Counted from the stretch's first letter, positions 17,740 through 27,525 are shown. The stretch: 64,000 bases of DNA from a bacterium (GCA_044869275.1 JBIOXB010000130.1:1-64000), one strand, 5' to 3'. Notes: a model not told the origin generated them from the letters alone. Translations and numbers: made by a program.

Positions 17740-20466
17740 TCAAAAGCGAAACTCATAGTGCGCGCGCACGAAGGCGTTGGTGAAGGAGGAATTCTGCACA
17801 AGTGTTGCGGGCACACCGGGTGTCGCGAAATTTCCGCCTTTATCGTTGTAGCCCAGCACGCCGAAGTCGAGCACAATATCGTGCTGGTTCGCCAGCAAAA
17901 CGCCGCCGCCGAGTTGTACCCCGATTTGGTTGTAAGAAATGATGCCGCTGGTGACGCCGTTCGTGCCCGTGCTCCCCGAGGCGCCGATATAGCGTACCCC
18001 GGCGTACGTGCGCAGTTGCGGCTTGGGAAAGCGATATTCGGCCTGCGCATTGAGCGCGTTATATTTGAACGGCGATTGCAAGCCGCCGGCGCGATTGCTA
18101 TTAGTGGAGAACATCAAAGTCGTGATCAAGGGAACGTTGAAGCGCGTGCGCACGGTGAGGGACTGCAGATTGGAGACGACGTCGCTCGCCACGAGGGGCT
18201 GGCCCAGATTGTTGATGCGCTGGTTGGCAAAACGATCCACGCGCGACGAGCTGGTGACGCCGAGCGAAACCGTGTGCGCCAAATTCAGTGCGCGAAAATC
18301 CTGATTGAGGAGAAGGGAAAAATCGCGGGTGCGGTTATCTTCCCGGCGATCGAGCGCAATGGGGCCATTGGGTGTGATGACCTGCGTCGTATCGATTATG
18401 CCATTGTTGCGATTATGATTGCGAAAATTGAAATTCAGCGACGGCCAATCCGGCGACCAATTGACCGCGAAGCCGAACTGGATGGTATTGAGCGCCGTGC
18501 TGGGATTGCTGTCGATGGTATTGAAATGATCGCGATAGCGCTCGAAACCCAGGGTGAAGAACAGGCGATTCTGCAGCAGGCGGAAATTGTCGTTGATAAA
18601 AAAACCACGAATATCGTTGCGCAGAAAGGTGTGGCCAAAGGAAATGTACTGCGCACCGATTTGTTTAAAGCCGAAATTGACAAAATGATTGAAGAAATTG
18701 AGCTGCGTGCCGAATTGATACGCCAGACCGGTGCCGCCGCTGGGGTCGAGCGGGGCCAGACTTTCATTGATGATCAGGAGATTTTTGAAACTCGCCGGAT
18801 CAAAGGGCAAATCGACGCCGTAGGAGGTATCGATTTGTCCTTTGCGGAGAGGGGGCAGACTGATGTTGTTCGCCATCAGCGACTGCGCCACCGCGGCTTT
18901 GATCTGCACGCGATTGCGGCTGAAGGACATGCTCAAATCCGCGCCGGCAACCAGATTGCCGCGCGGGGTCAAGCCGGCGGTGCTGACTTTGATCGAATTG
19001 GTGTCGTCCTGCGCTTTCATCAACAGCAAGCCGATTTGAAAACTTTTGCCGCCGAAGCTTGGACGCACCGCCCACAAGGATTGGCTGAAGGTGCCGGTTT
19101 GCAGTAGTATGCCCCCTGCCAGAATTGGAGCGATCTCGCGCACGGTTTGGCCGGTGACAAAATCCAAATTCACAATGCCGGTGTTCAAGCTCGCTTGCAC
19201 GCCGCGTACGCGCCTGCCCCACAACACCAATTCATTCAAATAAGGCGTGGCGTCGCCGAGCGTGAATTTCAACCACGGCAAACCTGCCGACAACACAAAG
19301 CGATGGCGCGGCTGGAAATTGCCGTCTTCCAATGAAGTCAAATTCACCGCGGCATCATAGGCGAGCTGGCCGTATTGCCCGGTAAGATTTCCCCCGATGA
19401 CGTTGTTGTCGAAGCTCGTACCGTTGAATTTTTCGTGCTGCAGATCAACGTAAGCCACACCGGTGGCGACGTCGTTGCGCTGTTGTTCTTCACCTTCCTG
19501 TTGGGAAGTGTCACCGCTGACTTTGAAACGCCAGTCGGCGGGGGTTACGCTCCGCCCGCTGGCGTCTTTGGCTCGAATCGACACACGGTATTCGCCCGGT
19601 TTGAGCGTGCCGGGATTCAATGAAACCAAAAAAGCCGACACTTCGGCGCGCGCAGTGACCTCGCGGCCATTGAGCATGATGCGCACCGACGCAGGTGCGA
19701 TCGACACCGCCGGATCAAACGAGGCGGCGACCGTCGCCTCGGCCGGCGCCACCGTGCTCAAAGGCTCGGGGCTGAGAATGAGAATCGGCGTTTGCGGAAC
19801 TGTTGTTTCCGCCATGGGCGGAGACGAAATATTTTGCGCACCGCTGTCACTTTTCGCCAGCGGCCCTTCCATCTGCCGCAGCTTCTCGAGCAATTGCGGT
19901 GAAATATCTTCGGGCGGTTCGGGCTGGGGCTTTGTCCCCGGTTCATTTGCAGGCGGCGAAACCGGCTGCGTGCCTGAAGCTGGAGAAGGTGCGGCCGGCG
20001 CCGCCGGTTTCGGCTGGGAGGGCACCGCCTCTTTCGAAGCCGTGATCAGAACTTCAAAAGGCTGGCCGAAGGGGTTGCGGCTGGGCATGCTCATGATCGC
20101 TTGATCGCTGAACAGCGCGAGCAGAAAGTATTGTACGCTGGGCGGCCGCACGGAGCTGCCCGGAATTTCGCCCACGTAGCCGCGGCTGGCACGGCGCAAA
20201 TCCACGAAACGAAAATTGGTTTCACTGGCGTGCTTGTAATACAGCCGCAAATAAACCAGTGCGCGGCCGGGCGTAAACAAGTCCGCTTCGATGCGAATCG
20301 CCTGCCCTTGCTCGCCAAAAGTGATGGGCACGTGATCGAATTGCGGCGCCGCGTTGGAGGTGGCCTCTCCCTCGCCAGTTTTCGTGCCCGCGACGGCACC
20401 CGTGGTGCACCTGCAATAAACCAGCACGAAAAGCAGCAGCCCGAGCCCTCGCCTACTGAGCGTCAT
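17740..20466 (-). CDS. Large outer-membrane beta-barrel protein with N-terminal Ig-like domains and a Pro-rich linker
   Basis: Signal peptide, two beta-sandwich-like segments, about 550 aa of amphipathic strands and a C-terminal 'AHYEFRF' beta-signal. Confidence 0.8.
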   Translation of the reverse strand: MTLSRRGLGLLLFVLVYCRCTTGAVAGTKTGEGEATSNAAPQFDHVPITFGEQGQAIRIEADLFTPGRALVYLRLYYKHASETNFRFVDLRRASRGYVGEIPGSSVRPPSVQYFLLALFSDQAIMSMPSRNPFGQPFEVLITASKEAVPSQPKPAAPAAPSPASGTQPVSPPANEPGTKPQPEPPEDISPQLLEKLRQMEGPLAKSDSGAQNISSPPMAETTVPQTPILILSPEPLSTVAPAEATVAASFDPAVSIAPASVRIMLNGREVTARAEVSAFLVSLNPGTLKPGEYRVSIRAKDASGRSVTPADWRFKVSGDTSQQEGEEQQRNDVATGVAYVDLQHEKFNGTSFDNNVIGGNLTGQYGQLAYDAAVNLTSLEDGNFQPRHRFVLSAGLPWLKFTLGDATPYLNELVLWGRRVRGVQASLNTGIVNLDFVTGQTVREIAPILAGGILLQTGTFSQSLWAVRPSFGGKSFQIGLLLMKAQDDTNSIKVSTAGLTPRGNLVAGADLSMSFSRNRVQIKAAVAQSLMANNISLPPLRKGQIDTSYGVDLPFDPASFKNLLIINESLAPLDPSGGTGLAYQFGTQLNFFNHFVNFGFKQIGAQYISFGHTFLRNDIRGFFINDNFRLLQNRLFFTLGFERYRDHFNTIDSNPSTALNTIQFGFAVNWSPDWPSLNFNFRNHNRNNGIIDTTQVITPNGPIALDRREDNRTRDFSLLLNQDFRALNLAHTVSLGVTSSSRVDRFANQRINNLGQPLVASDVVSNLQSLTVRTRFNVPLITTLMFSTNSNRAGGLQSPFKYNALNAQAEYRFPKPQLRTYAGVRYIGASGSTGTNGVTSGIISYNQIGVQLGGGVLLANQHDIVLDFGVLGYNDKGGNFATPGVPATLVQNSSFTNAFVRAHYEFRF

Positions 20467-20509
20467 AGTACCTCTGTGTGAGACTTTCCTGAGACTTCAA
20501 GGTCTGTTT

Positions 20510-21184
20510 TCAATACTCCAGCTTCAATTTCTTCTTCTGTCCCTGGGCGTCTTGAAACTCGATTTCAAAACTGCCGCCCTCACCCTGATCATCGCCCCAG
20601 GTCGGAACTTCATTGGGATTGCTCGGCCGCGACACCGGCGGCGTTTTATCGTTCATCATGCCGGTGTACCCGGCATTTACCAGCACCTTGCCGAGTTTGT
20701 TCGCCAACTCCACCGCGCCCTCCAAACAGAAAACGATGGTTCCGCCTTTGGGATCGATCAACAAATAGAAGACCGTGCCTTTCACCGCCGCGACGCCGGA
20801 AGGAGTTTCAATCCGGAACGGCGTAGAGCTGCGTGTGATTTTGGCCCAAAGCTGGCCGAATTCCAGTTTGAGAGTTTTGAGAATGCTGCCCTCTTCACGC
20901 TCGCCGGCGATGCTCACCTTGGAATTGGCGCGCACCTTGAGAATGGATTTGTCGTCAGTGAAAACCATGGCGGCGGAAGATTCTTCGCCGGTGCGCACCA
21001 CGTTGCCGCTGTGCAGCCGCGTGCCGCGACCGGCTTTTTCAGCCGCTTGCGCTGCTGCCCGATTCACGCGCACGTCGCCATTGGCTTTCAAGACCACGGC
21101 GATGTCTTTGGCGGCTTGGGAAAAACAAACGCTGCAGCAAAACAGGTTAAGGAGAATCGGAATCGTAAAACTCTTGCGAAGCAT
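20510..21184 (-). CDS. Exported FecR-domain protein
   Basis: Signal peptide, then 'G.RL.SG..VRTG..S.A...F.D.S..KV..NS', 'IETPSGVAAVKGT.F' and 'CLEGAVE'. Confidence 0.88.
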   Translation of the reverse strand: MLRKSFTIPILLNLFCCSVCFSQAAKDIAVVLKANGDVRVNRAAAQAAEKAGRGTRLHSGNVVRTGEESSAAMVFTDDKSILKVRANSKVSIAGEREEGSILKTLKLEFGQLWAKITRSSTPFRIETPSGVAAVKGTVFYLLIDPKGGTIVFCLEGAVELANKLGKVLVNAGYTGMMNDKTPPVSRPSNPNEVPTWGDDQGEGGSFEIEFQDAQGQKKKLKLEY

Positions 21185-21342
21185 AAACCATCCGTGTTGT
21201 CTGAACTTAGTCTCTTTAATGTTGTTCCCTCATCCGGCGCTTCAGGATTCCTTCGCACTAGTGAATTGACTTGGTACGAAGCGATCGTGCATATGCTTGG
21301 GAAGATTCTTTCAGAATGACACGCTGAGGGAAGGTTATAACA

Positions 21343-22473
21343 TCATTCCACCGAAAACGATTTGATCTTCGCCGAGCCGCCGCGCAGCATGGCGAACAGT
21401 TCCTGCAAATCGACGATTTGGCCATTGATGGTGACACGGCCGGTCGGCAAATGACCTTCCAGCGGCCCGCCCGCGGCGAATAAATCGGCGACATCGTCCA
21501 AGCCCAAACTGGCGAGCAGGCTGAGCAATTCTTGCAGCATCAGCGCGCGATCGCCGCCCATTTGATTTGGCATCTGGAAGCACCAAATCTCGCCGGGCAA
21601 TCTCACTTCGCCGCTGGTGGAAGTGGTGAGAATGGTGATTTGCCAGTAATAAACGCGGCCAGGTTGCAGCGGCAAGCCGGAAGAGGGATAAAGAAACGAA
21701 GGCGTGCCAAAAAAGTCCGTGTCGCGGTTGAGGATTCTCTGCAAGCGTGGCGGATTTTGCATGACGTCTTCGGGGCTGGTGTTCGTGGGCAGCTTTTCGC
21801 AGAGGGTGAATAGAAACCTGTCGGCATCGGAGTTCCACGTAAACTGCGGCAGATTCGAAAAGACCACCGGGCATTCCGCTCCTCCTGCAAGCTGGCCGGG
21901 GGAAATTAAATCCAATGTGATTGGATTGGAAATCACTAACACATCTTGACCCCGTGCAATCGGGACGTCGGGGTTACTTGGGGATAAAACATCTACCTGA
22001 ATGATATAAGTACCACTTGGCAATCGCCCGGTTTGTAGCAGAGCATTGTTAATGTCGCCGACACCTTGCCTATTATAGGTGAAACGGTTGATTTGAATGG
22101 TGTTGCCAAAGCCGCGAAAATCACGATAGGTTAGAAGAGGCAAGGTGCCGGGATTCAACGGAAATGGTTGCGTTACAGCTTCGACCAAAGGCTGGCTGAA
22201 ACGATCACTCAAGAGTCTGGCTCGCAATACCACATTGACTGGAGCACCAGTATTATTGCTGATGGTTAGATTAAAGAAGGGAATGGCAGAGCCTGTACCA
22301 TTGAGATCCAAATCAGATACATAAAAAATTTGCTGCGTTGCTGTAATATTCAATTGAACGGATATGCCATTTTGCGCCCATCCCTCCTTATGAAGAGAAA
22401 GCAAAAAGGCAATTGTTGCGATTGCTCGGACCAGTTTATTTCCAAACCACCCATGATCGAAAAAATTTTTCAT
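21343..22473 (-). CDS. Exported Ig/fibronectin-like beta-sandwich protein
   Basis: Signal peptide (..GWA|Q), 'GRLPSGTY', 'LISPG..PQFTWN' and 'LQPGRVYYWQI'. Confidence 0.75.
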   Translation of the reverse strand: MKNFFDHGWFGNKLVRAIATIAFLLSLHKEGWAQNGISVQLNITATQQIFYVSDLDLNGTGSAIPFFNLTISNNTGAPVNVVLRARLLSDRFSQPLVEAVTQPFPLNPGTLPLLTYRDFRGFGNTIQINRFTYNRQGVGDINNALLQTGRLPSGTYIIQVDVLSPSNPDVPIARGQDVLVISNPITLDLISPGQLAGGAECPVVFSNLPQFTWNSDADRFLFTLCEKLPTNTSPEDVMQNPPRLQRILNRDTDFFGTPSFLYPSSGLPLQPGRVYYWQITILTTSTSGEVRLPGEIWCFQMPNQMGGDRALMLQELLSLLASLGLDDVADLFAAGGPLEGHLPTGRVTINGQIVDLQELFAMLRGGSAKIKSFSVE

Positions 22474-22655
22474 TATCATCGATCAGCCTCGATTGCAAAG
22501 GACTCAAATCAGTGACAGCGACGACTATTCAATATCATTTACCCGCGCCCGCTCAGCCTTGCGTAACCGCCATATTTGATCTATGAAGGTGATAAGTTGT
22601 ACTGACAAAAACGCGGTTTCGGGAAAATTAGGTCAGATTTTTAATCAGGTGGGCC

Positions 22656-22683
22656 GTAGAGACGTCCCGCCGGGGCGTCTCAC
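22656..22683. repeat. GTAG-type REP-like palindrome
   Basis: GTAG-AGACGTCCC-gcc-GGGGCGTCT-CAC hairpin with a GTAG foot. Confidence 0.55.
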
Positions 22684-22793
22684 TGAAAGGGGGGAGACGG
22701 CGAATAATAAAAGCAAACAGGGCGATCATGATCGCCCTGCTACTAACAAAAATTGTCAGCCGCCCCAGTCAATTTCGGCGGCGCCGAGGTCAC

Positions 22794-22824
22794 AATTTTC
22801 GTGTATTTCGTGATTTTCGTGGTG
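22794..22824. repeat. 9-mer TTTCGTG-core tandem repeat
   Basis: ATTTTCGTG-TATTTCGTG-ATTTTCGTG-GT. Confidence 0.7.
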
Positions 22825-22852
22825 AGGCTTCTCGAGCATGCGGGCCGAAGAT

Positions 22853-24319
22853 TTATTTCGGAACCGCAATCACCACGTCGATGCGGCGGTTCTGTGAACG
22901 GCCGTCTTCATTTTCATTGCTGGCAATCGGGGCGCTTTCGCCATAGCCGATGACTTGCGTTTTGTCGGCAGGCAGATTCATATTCGCCAGCAAGTATTGC
23001 TGCACGGCATAGGCGCGCTCCGTGGACAGCCGCTGATTGTAGCCGTCGTCTCCGACTGCGTCGGTATGCCCTTCGATCAAAACGCTGGCGTTGGGAAATT
23101 CGCGAATCGCGCGCTGCAATTTCGTCAACAAGGAAAAATGATGCGGCAAAATCACGGCCTTGCCGGATTGGAAAGTCAGACCGGTCAAACGCAGGCGCAA
23201 GTTGTCGCCTTCGCGCAGAACTTTGGCCTCGCTCGCGTCGAACATGCCGGCCACGGTTTTGAAGCGTTCTTCGCGGCGCTGGCGTTCCTGCTCGAGCCGT
23301 TTCTGCTTTTCAAGCTGCGATTCCAAGCCGGCCTGCGCTTCACGAATACTGCTCAACTCGCGATTCAGTTCTTCCATGCGCCCGTTGAGCTTGGTCACCT
23401 CCTGCGTCAGGCTCTTGCGCTCCTCGCGCAAAGATTTGATCGCCTGCCGCACGTCCTGCACCGGCTTCTCGATGCCGTCGGCGAACTGTGGCGTGAAATC
23501 CAGCTCTCTCGAAATGCTGGCGATTTGCTGTTCGTTATCCAGCAGAAACTTCTCCCACTGGCGCTCGTCAACTTTCACGCGCTGAATCTGCTCCGATAGT
23601 TTTACGGCGTGGCGAATCTCATATTCCGCGACCTCAGCTTTCTCGCGGGCCTTGCCGGCGGCGTAGCGATCGGTGTTCAGGATGTTTTCCGCTTCGCCCA
23701 GGGCATTCACCGCTTTGTTGAACGTGGCGGGCGCGAGACGGTCCACTTTCACCTGGCGCGCTTTTTCGATCTGGCTATGCACCGGACCGATGATGCTGAC
23801 TTTAATGGAAAGCAATTCCGCCTCTCGCATCAGGCGCTCGGCTTCTTCGCCTTTCTTTTTGGCGCCGTTCATATCGCCCGCTTCCAGCCGGCGCGCGGCC
23901 TCGGTGAAAGTTTTATCCGCGAGGGTGTATTTTTCGGGCGCATATTGCGGCGCATTGCTTTGCAGCGTCGCGTCGCGCGCCTGTAACACCGAGGCCAAAG
24001 CGACTTTGCCGACTTTGGAAGTGTTCATCGTGGCTTCGAGATCGGTACTGGCCTCGCGCAGCTTGGTGTTGATGTCCGTCAAAGCGCGGCCGCGCTTGAA
24101 ATCATCTTTGGCATCGTTGTATTTTTTCAAAGCGCGCGCGAAAACGTCGGGCGAGAGAATATCGGCTTGCGCGGTTTTGGCCTGTCCGAGTTTCTCCTGC
24201 GTTTTGCCGAAAATTTGCTGATAGAGCTGCTCGTCTTGCGCTTGCCCTGCCAGGCTCGTCGCGGCAATCATAATCGCCGTGAACATCCCTCCGATGGGGA
24301 TGGCTTTTCGTGGATGCAT
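22853..24319 (-). CDS. OmpA-family peptidoglycan-binding protein with three helical (DUF4398-like) repeats and a coiled coil
   Basis: Signal peptide; repeats ADILSPDVFARA, APQYAPEKYTLA and VDRLAPATFNKA; C-terminal IEGHTDAVG..YNQRLSTERA..GYGE..PIASN..GRSQNRRIDV. Confidence 0.9.
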   Translation of the reverse strand: MHPRKAIPIGGMFTAIMIAATSLAGQAQDEQLYQQIFGKTQEKLGQAKTAQADILSPDVFARALKKYNDAKDDFKRGRALTDINTKLREASTDLEATMNTSKVGKVALASVLQARDATLQSNAPQYAPEKYTLADKTFTEAARRLEAGDMNGAKKKGEEAERLMREAELLSIKVSIIGPVHSQIEKARQVKVDRLAPATFNKAVNALGEAENILNTDRYAAGKAREKAEVAEYEIRHAVKLSEQIQRVKVDERQWEKFLLDNEQQIASISRELDFTPQFADGIEKPVQDVRQAIKSLREERKSLTQEVTKLNGRMEELNRELSSIREAQAGLESQLEKQKRLEQERQRREERFKTVAGMFDASEAKVLREGDNLRLRLTGLTFQSGKAVILPHHFSLLTKLQRAIREFPNASVLIEGHTDAVGDDGYNQRLSTERAYAVQQYLLANMNLPADKTQVIGYGESAPIASNENEDGRSQNRRIDVVIAVPK

Positions 24320-24768
24320 GTCCTTCTCCAAGAATTGAGTGTACCCCTTTCGGCGCAGTGGCAGCGAATGAAGCACAAAGGATTCTCTTTTTCGCTGGCT
24401 CCCCGCCGCTTTCGCCCCGGTGCACGTGCATGGAACAAATGCACATTAGCCCACTGCGCATGGGTTGTTTTAGTTTGGCGAAACAAGGTACGGAAAAAAA
24501 CTTCGCTTGGCAAGCTTTACAGGGCGGCAGCGTCTGCCTGCGTCTTGCTTTTTGTGGAGAAGTGTCAACTGGAGCGGCGGGGCGGTCATTGGAAAATCGA
24601 CCCGAGTTGCAAACGGAAGCTCTTCGGGCGGCAAAGTTAGAGCGTGCCAGCGATGTCGAGGAGGTAAAAAATCCTTGCTTCTGGCGTTATGATGATTATG
24701 TTGTGGACACAAAATGACGAGGGCGGTGCCATCTTCATAACCTTGAATCAAGCAGAAGGAGGAGGAAA

Positions 24769-24939
24769 ATGAAGCTTTCCGCACCAAAGCAGAACTTATG
24801 GCTGATCGCAGTCATTCTGGGCGTGCTCGGCATTCTGGGAAATTTTGTGTTGATTCCCGTGGTTTCGGCCAATGCCTTCTGGTTCGTTTCCCTGGGCTTC
24901 GCCGTTCTCGTATTGGGTACGGCTCTCAAGGGAATCTAA
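24769..24939 (+). CDS. Small 2-TM membrane protein, 56 aa (MKLSAPKQNLWLIAVILGVLGILG...TALKGI)
   Basis: Translated by hand. Strong AGGAGGAGG RBS, two hydrophobic helices and a downstream terminator. Confidence 0.85.
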   Translation: MKLSAPKQNLWLIAVILGVLGILGNFVLIPVVSANAFWFVSLGFAVLVLGTALKGI

Positions 24940-24987
24940 TCAGCTTCACGCGGCCGGGTTTTGCCGGCACGGCTTTCTCGAAAGATC

Positions 24988-25026
24988 AAAATCCCAACCA
25001 TCGGTATGGCGGTTGGGATTTTTTTG
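24988..25026 (+). terminator. Rho-independent terminator
   Basis: AAAATCCCAACC-atcggtatggc-GGTTGGGATTTT followed by more T residues. Confidence 0.75.
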
Positions 25027-25035
25027 TGTCCATAG

Positions 25036-26238
25036 ATGAAAACTAAATCTCAGTATTTGTTGATCGGCTTGGCTTACCTCGGCTTCATCAGCCTGGGACT
25101 GCCCGATGGCTTGCTCGGTGTCGCCTGGCCCTCAATTTATGCTTCTTTCCACCTGCCGCTCGATGCTATGGGCGGACTGCTGCTCATATTTACGTGTGGC
25201 TATTTGCTGGCCAGCTTCTCCAGCGGTGAAGTGCTGGCCCGCATGAATGTCGGCGCGCTGCTGGCCTGGAGTAGTCTGGCGACGGCCGCGAGCCTGCTCG
25301 GCTATGCCTTGGCGCCCGCGTGGTGGATGATGGTCGCGCTGGGACTACTTTCAGGCCTGGGCGCTGGCGCGATTGACGCGGGATTGAATTCCTACGCCGC
25401 CACGCATTTCACCGCGCGCGTCGTGAATTGGCTGCATGCCAGTTATGGCCTCGGCGCGACCTCCGGTCCATTGATCATGACTGCCGTTCTCTCCGCGGGA
25501 AACGCCTGGCAGGCAGGTTACGGCCTCGTGGGCCTCTGCCAGGTTGCCTTGGCGGCGGCTTTCGGTTGTACGCGTAAACATTGGTCGAATGGCAGGGCTG
25601 CGCCAGAAATGGCAAGTCCAAAGGTTGCGCGAAGCGTTTCGCCCGGCAATACGCTGCGGATGCCCATGGTATGGCTGAGTATGGTGGTTTTCTTCATTTA
25701 CGCCGGCATCGAAGCTGCAGCAGGCGCGTGGTCTTACAGTTTGTTCACCGCAGGTCGCGCCATTCCGATGCTAAGGGCGGGGACATGGGTGAGCGTGTAT
25801 TGGGGCTGTTTGACCGCGGGCCGTCTGCTCTCGGGTTTGGTAACGAATCTCATTTCCGTGCGACTGCTCCTGCGGCTTTGCATGGCGGGCATAGCCCTCG
25901 GCGCGACTTTGATTTGGCTTGATCTCGCGCATGTGCTCAGCTTCGGCGGGTTGGCTTTGATCGGCCTGTCGTGCGCGCCAATTTTTCCGATGATGATCGC
26001 CACCACACCGCAGCGTTTCGGTGCGGCGCACACGGCCAATGCCATCGGTCATCAAATTGCCGCCGCCGTCCTCGGGCAATCAATGCTGCCCGGCCTTGTC
26101 GGTGTACTCGCGCGCGCCATCGGCTGGGAAATCATTGCACCGGCCCTGCTCGTCGCTGCGGTCTTGTTATGGGTGGCGCATGAAATCATGTCGGCCATGC
26201 GCCCGCAATCCGCACAAGAAGTCCACGCCCTCGCCTGA
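25036..26238 (+). CDS. MFS transporter
   Basis: 12 TM helices; motifs 'FISLGLPDGLLGVAWPS', 'GLGAGAIDAGLN', 'WLHASYGLGA' and 'APIFP'. Confidence 0.9.
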   Translation: MKTKSQYLLIGLAYLGFISLGLPDGLLGVAWPSIYASFHLPLDAMGGLLLIFTCGYLLASFSSGEVLARMNVGALLAWSSLATAASLLGYALAPAWWMMVALGLLSGLGAGAIDAGLNSYAATHFTARVVNWLHASYGLGATSGPLIMTAVLSAGNAWQAGYGLVGLCQVALAAAFGCTRKHWSNGRAAPEMASPKVARSVSPGNTLRMPMVWLSMVVFFIYAGIEAAAGAWSYSLFTAGRAIPMLRAGTWVSVYWGCLTAGRLLSGLVTNLISVRLLLRLCMAGIALGATLIWLDLAHVLSFGGLALIGLSCAPIFPMMIATTPQRFGAAHTANAIGHQIAAAVLGQSMLPGLVGVLARAIGWEIIAPALLVAAVLLWVAHEIMSAMRPQSAQEVHALA

Positions 26239-26416
26239 ATGGCCACGATGCGGATTCGTGGTTGTTGACAAACGAAGAAGGGGGGCAATTTTTATCGCAA
26301 CTACCCGGCACAAAAAAGAAATGTAAACGGATTAGGCGGATTGGTGGATTGATAAAAAAAGTCCATAACTCCATCACTGCAATTCGCCAACGCGCTGTCG
26401 TTCCCAGGCGTTTGCT

Positions 26417-26512
26417 TTACGCTTGGGATGTTAGAGACGTGCCATCGATGGGCACCTCATACTCCTTGCCCATGAGCGCGAGAATGGTGGGGAAGAGATC
26501 CGCAAAATCAAG
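26417..26512 (-). pseudogene. Orphan C-terminal fragment of a sulfatase/alkaline-phosphatase-superfamily gene
   Basis: LDFADLFPTILALMGKEYEVPIDGTSL matches the D-x-x-PTIL-x-x-x-G...DG-x-SL C-terminal signature. No upstream catalytic domain is present. Confidence 0.55.
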
Positions 26513-26930
26513 CGGGATGATCTCCTCTAGTGCCCACGGCCAGGCGGTTTCTCGCCGCCCGTGCTGCCGGCGCTTTTTTTGCGGCCTCCGGCAGACAGAC
26601 TTCATTTTTTTGATAAAACAATCCAGCGGCGGTGACGGCGGCACACCAGAGCACCGCGAAGAATTTTAGTTCGAACAGCCAGCAACACAAACCCGGCAAA
26701 TAAAACAAGCCCAGCTTCGACAAAGCGATCACCAGGCGATAGCATGCCTGCGCCAGGCGCCTCAGGTATTGCGCGGCGCGTTTGGAAAAGACCTCTAACC
26801 GTTCCGCTGCGTGCTGCAACAGAATCAGGCCATGATTGACGAGCCGGGCAAAGGCGTTCTGAATCCGTCTTTCGAAGCGATCGACCGCAGAGACACCCTC
26901 TTCCAACGAGGTTTGCATGTTTTCAAGCAT
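26508..26930 (-). CDS. Hypothetical membrane protein
   Basis: GGAG RBS; helical N-terminus followed by a hydrophobic hairpin. Third gene of the sigma-like cassette. Confidence 0.55.
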   Translation of the reverse strand: MLENMQTSLEEGVSAVDRFERRIQNAFARLVNHGLILLQHAAERLEVFSKRAAQYLRRLAQACYRLVIALSKLGLFYLPGLCCWLFELKFFAVLWCAAVTAAGLFYQKNEVCLPEAAKKAPAARAARNRLAVGTRGDHPA

Positions 26931-26952
26931 GGGGAGAGCTCCGTTTCCCGGC

Positions 26953-27525
26953 TCATCGACGCGCGGGCAAGCCGGCTCGTTTCAGTTCTTTGGCGAGCAG
27001 CGCGTAAAAAATTTTGGCCATGGCTTGGAAGCACTTTTTCTGAAAAGCCTGCACCGCTGCGAGATTCTTGAAATTCATCTCTTCCGCCAGGGCGACCAGG
27101 GAGTGGCCGGCCCTGGCAGTCAATTGCATGAACCTGCGCTGGCGGCCGTTCAGCCTGTTCCACGACTTCTCAAAAAGGTTTTTGAGCAGGCGGTATTGCG
27201 CGCCGACTTCATCATCGAGAGCAAAGAGCCGGGCGGCGGGCTGAAATTGTTCCAACAACTTGCGCAGGGCGAGGATTTGATCGGGCACGGGCGCATGCAA
27301 GTCACGCGCAACGCGCGCGGGTGGGGTGCCGTGCAGGTGGCGGCAAAGACATTCGAGGGCGTTGATCAGCTCCTCCTTCGCCAGCTCCTTTTCCATGTGC
27401 TGCCAGTGATGCGTGATGAGGCCTTGCACGGCGGGAGGCAACTTTTGAAAAGCAGCGGTGGTGGAGGCTGAGGCATTATCGAGGTTGATCGTGCGCAAGG
27501 CCTTGCTGCCGCCGTCCCCTGTCAT
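26953..27525 (-). CDS. Protein with a sigma-70 region 4-like HTH only
   Basis: 'WNRLNGRQRRFMQL..GHSLVALAEEMNFKNLAAVQAFQKKCF' parallels the upstream gene's region 4. ATGA overlap with that gene's stop. Confidence 0.65.
   Translation of the reverse strand: MTGDGGSKALRTINLDNASASTTAAFQKLPPAVQGLITHHWQHMEKELAKEELINALECLCRHLHGTPPARVARDLHAPVPDQILALRKLLEQFQPAARLFALDDEVGAQYRLLKNLFEKSWNRLNGRQRRFMQLTARAGHSLVALAEEMNFKNLAAVQAFQKKCFQAMAKIFYALLAKELKRAGLPARR

Noticed and set aside
26560..26644. Programmed or phase-variable frameshift at the A7 runs joining ORF 26508-26930 to 26417-26644
   Set aside because: The fused product makes no domain sense. The downstream piece is better explained as a sulfatase remnant.
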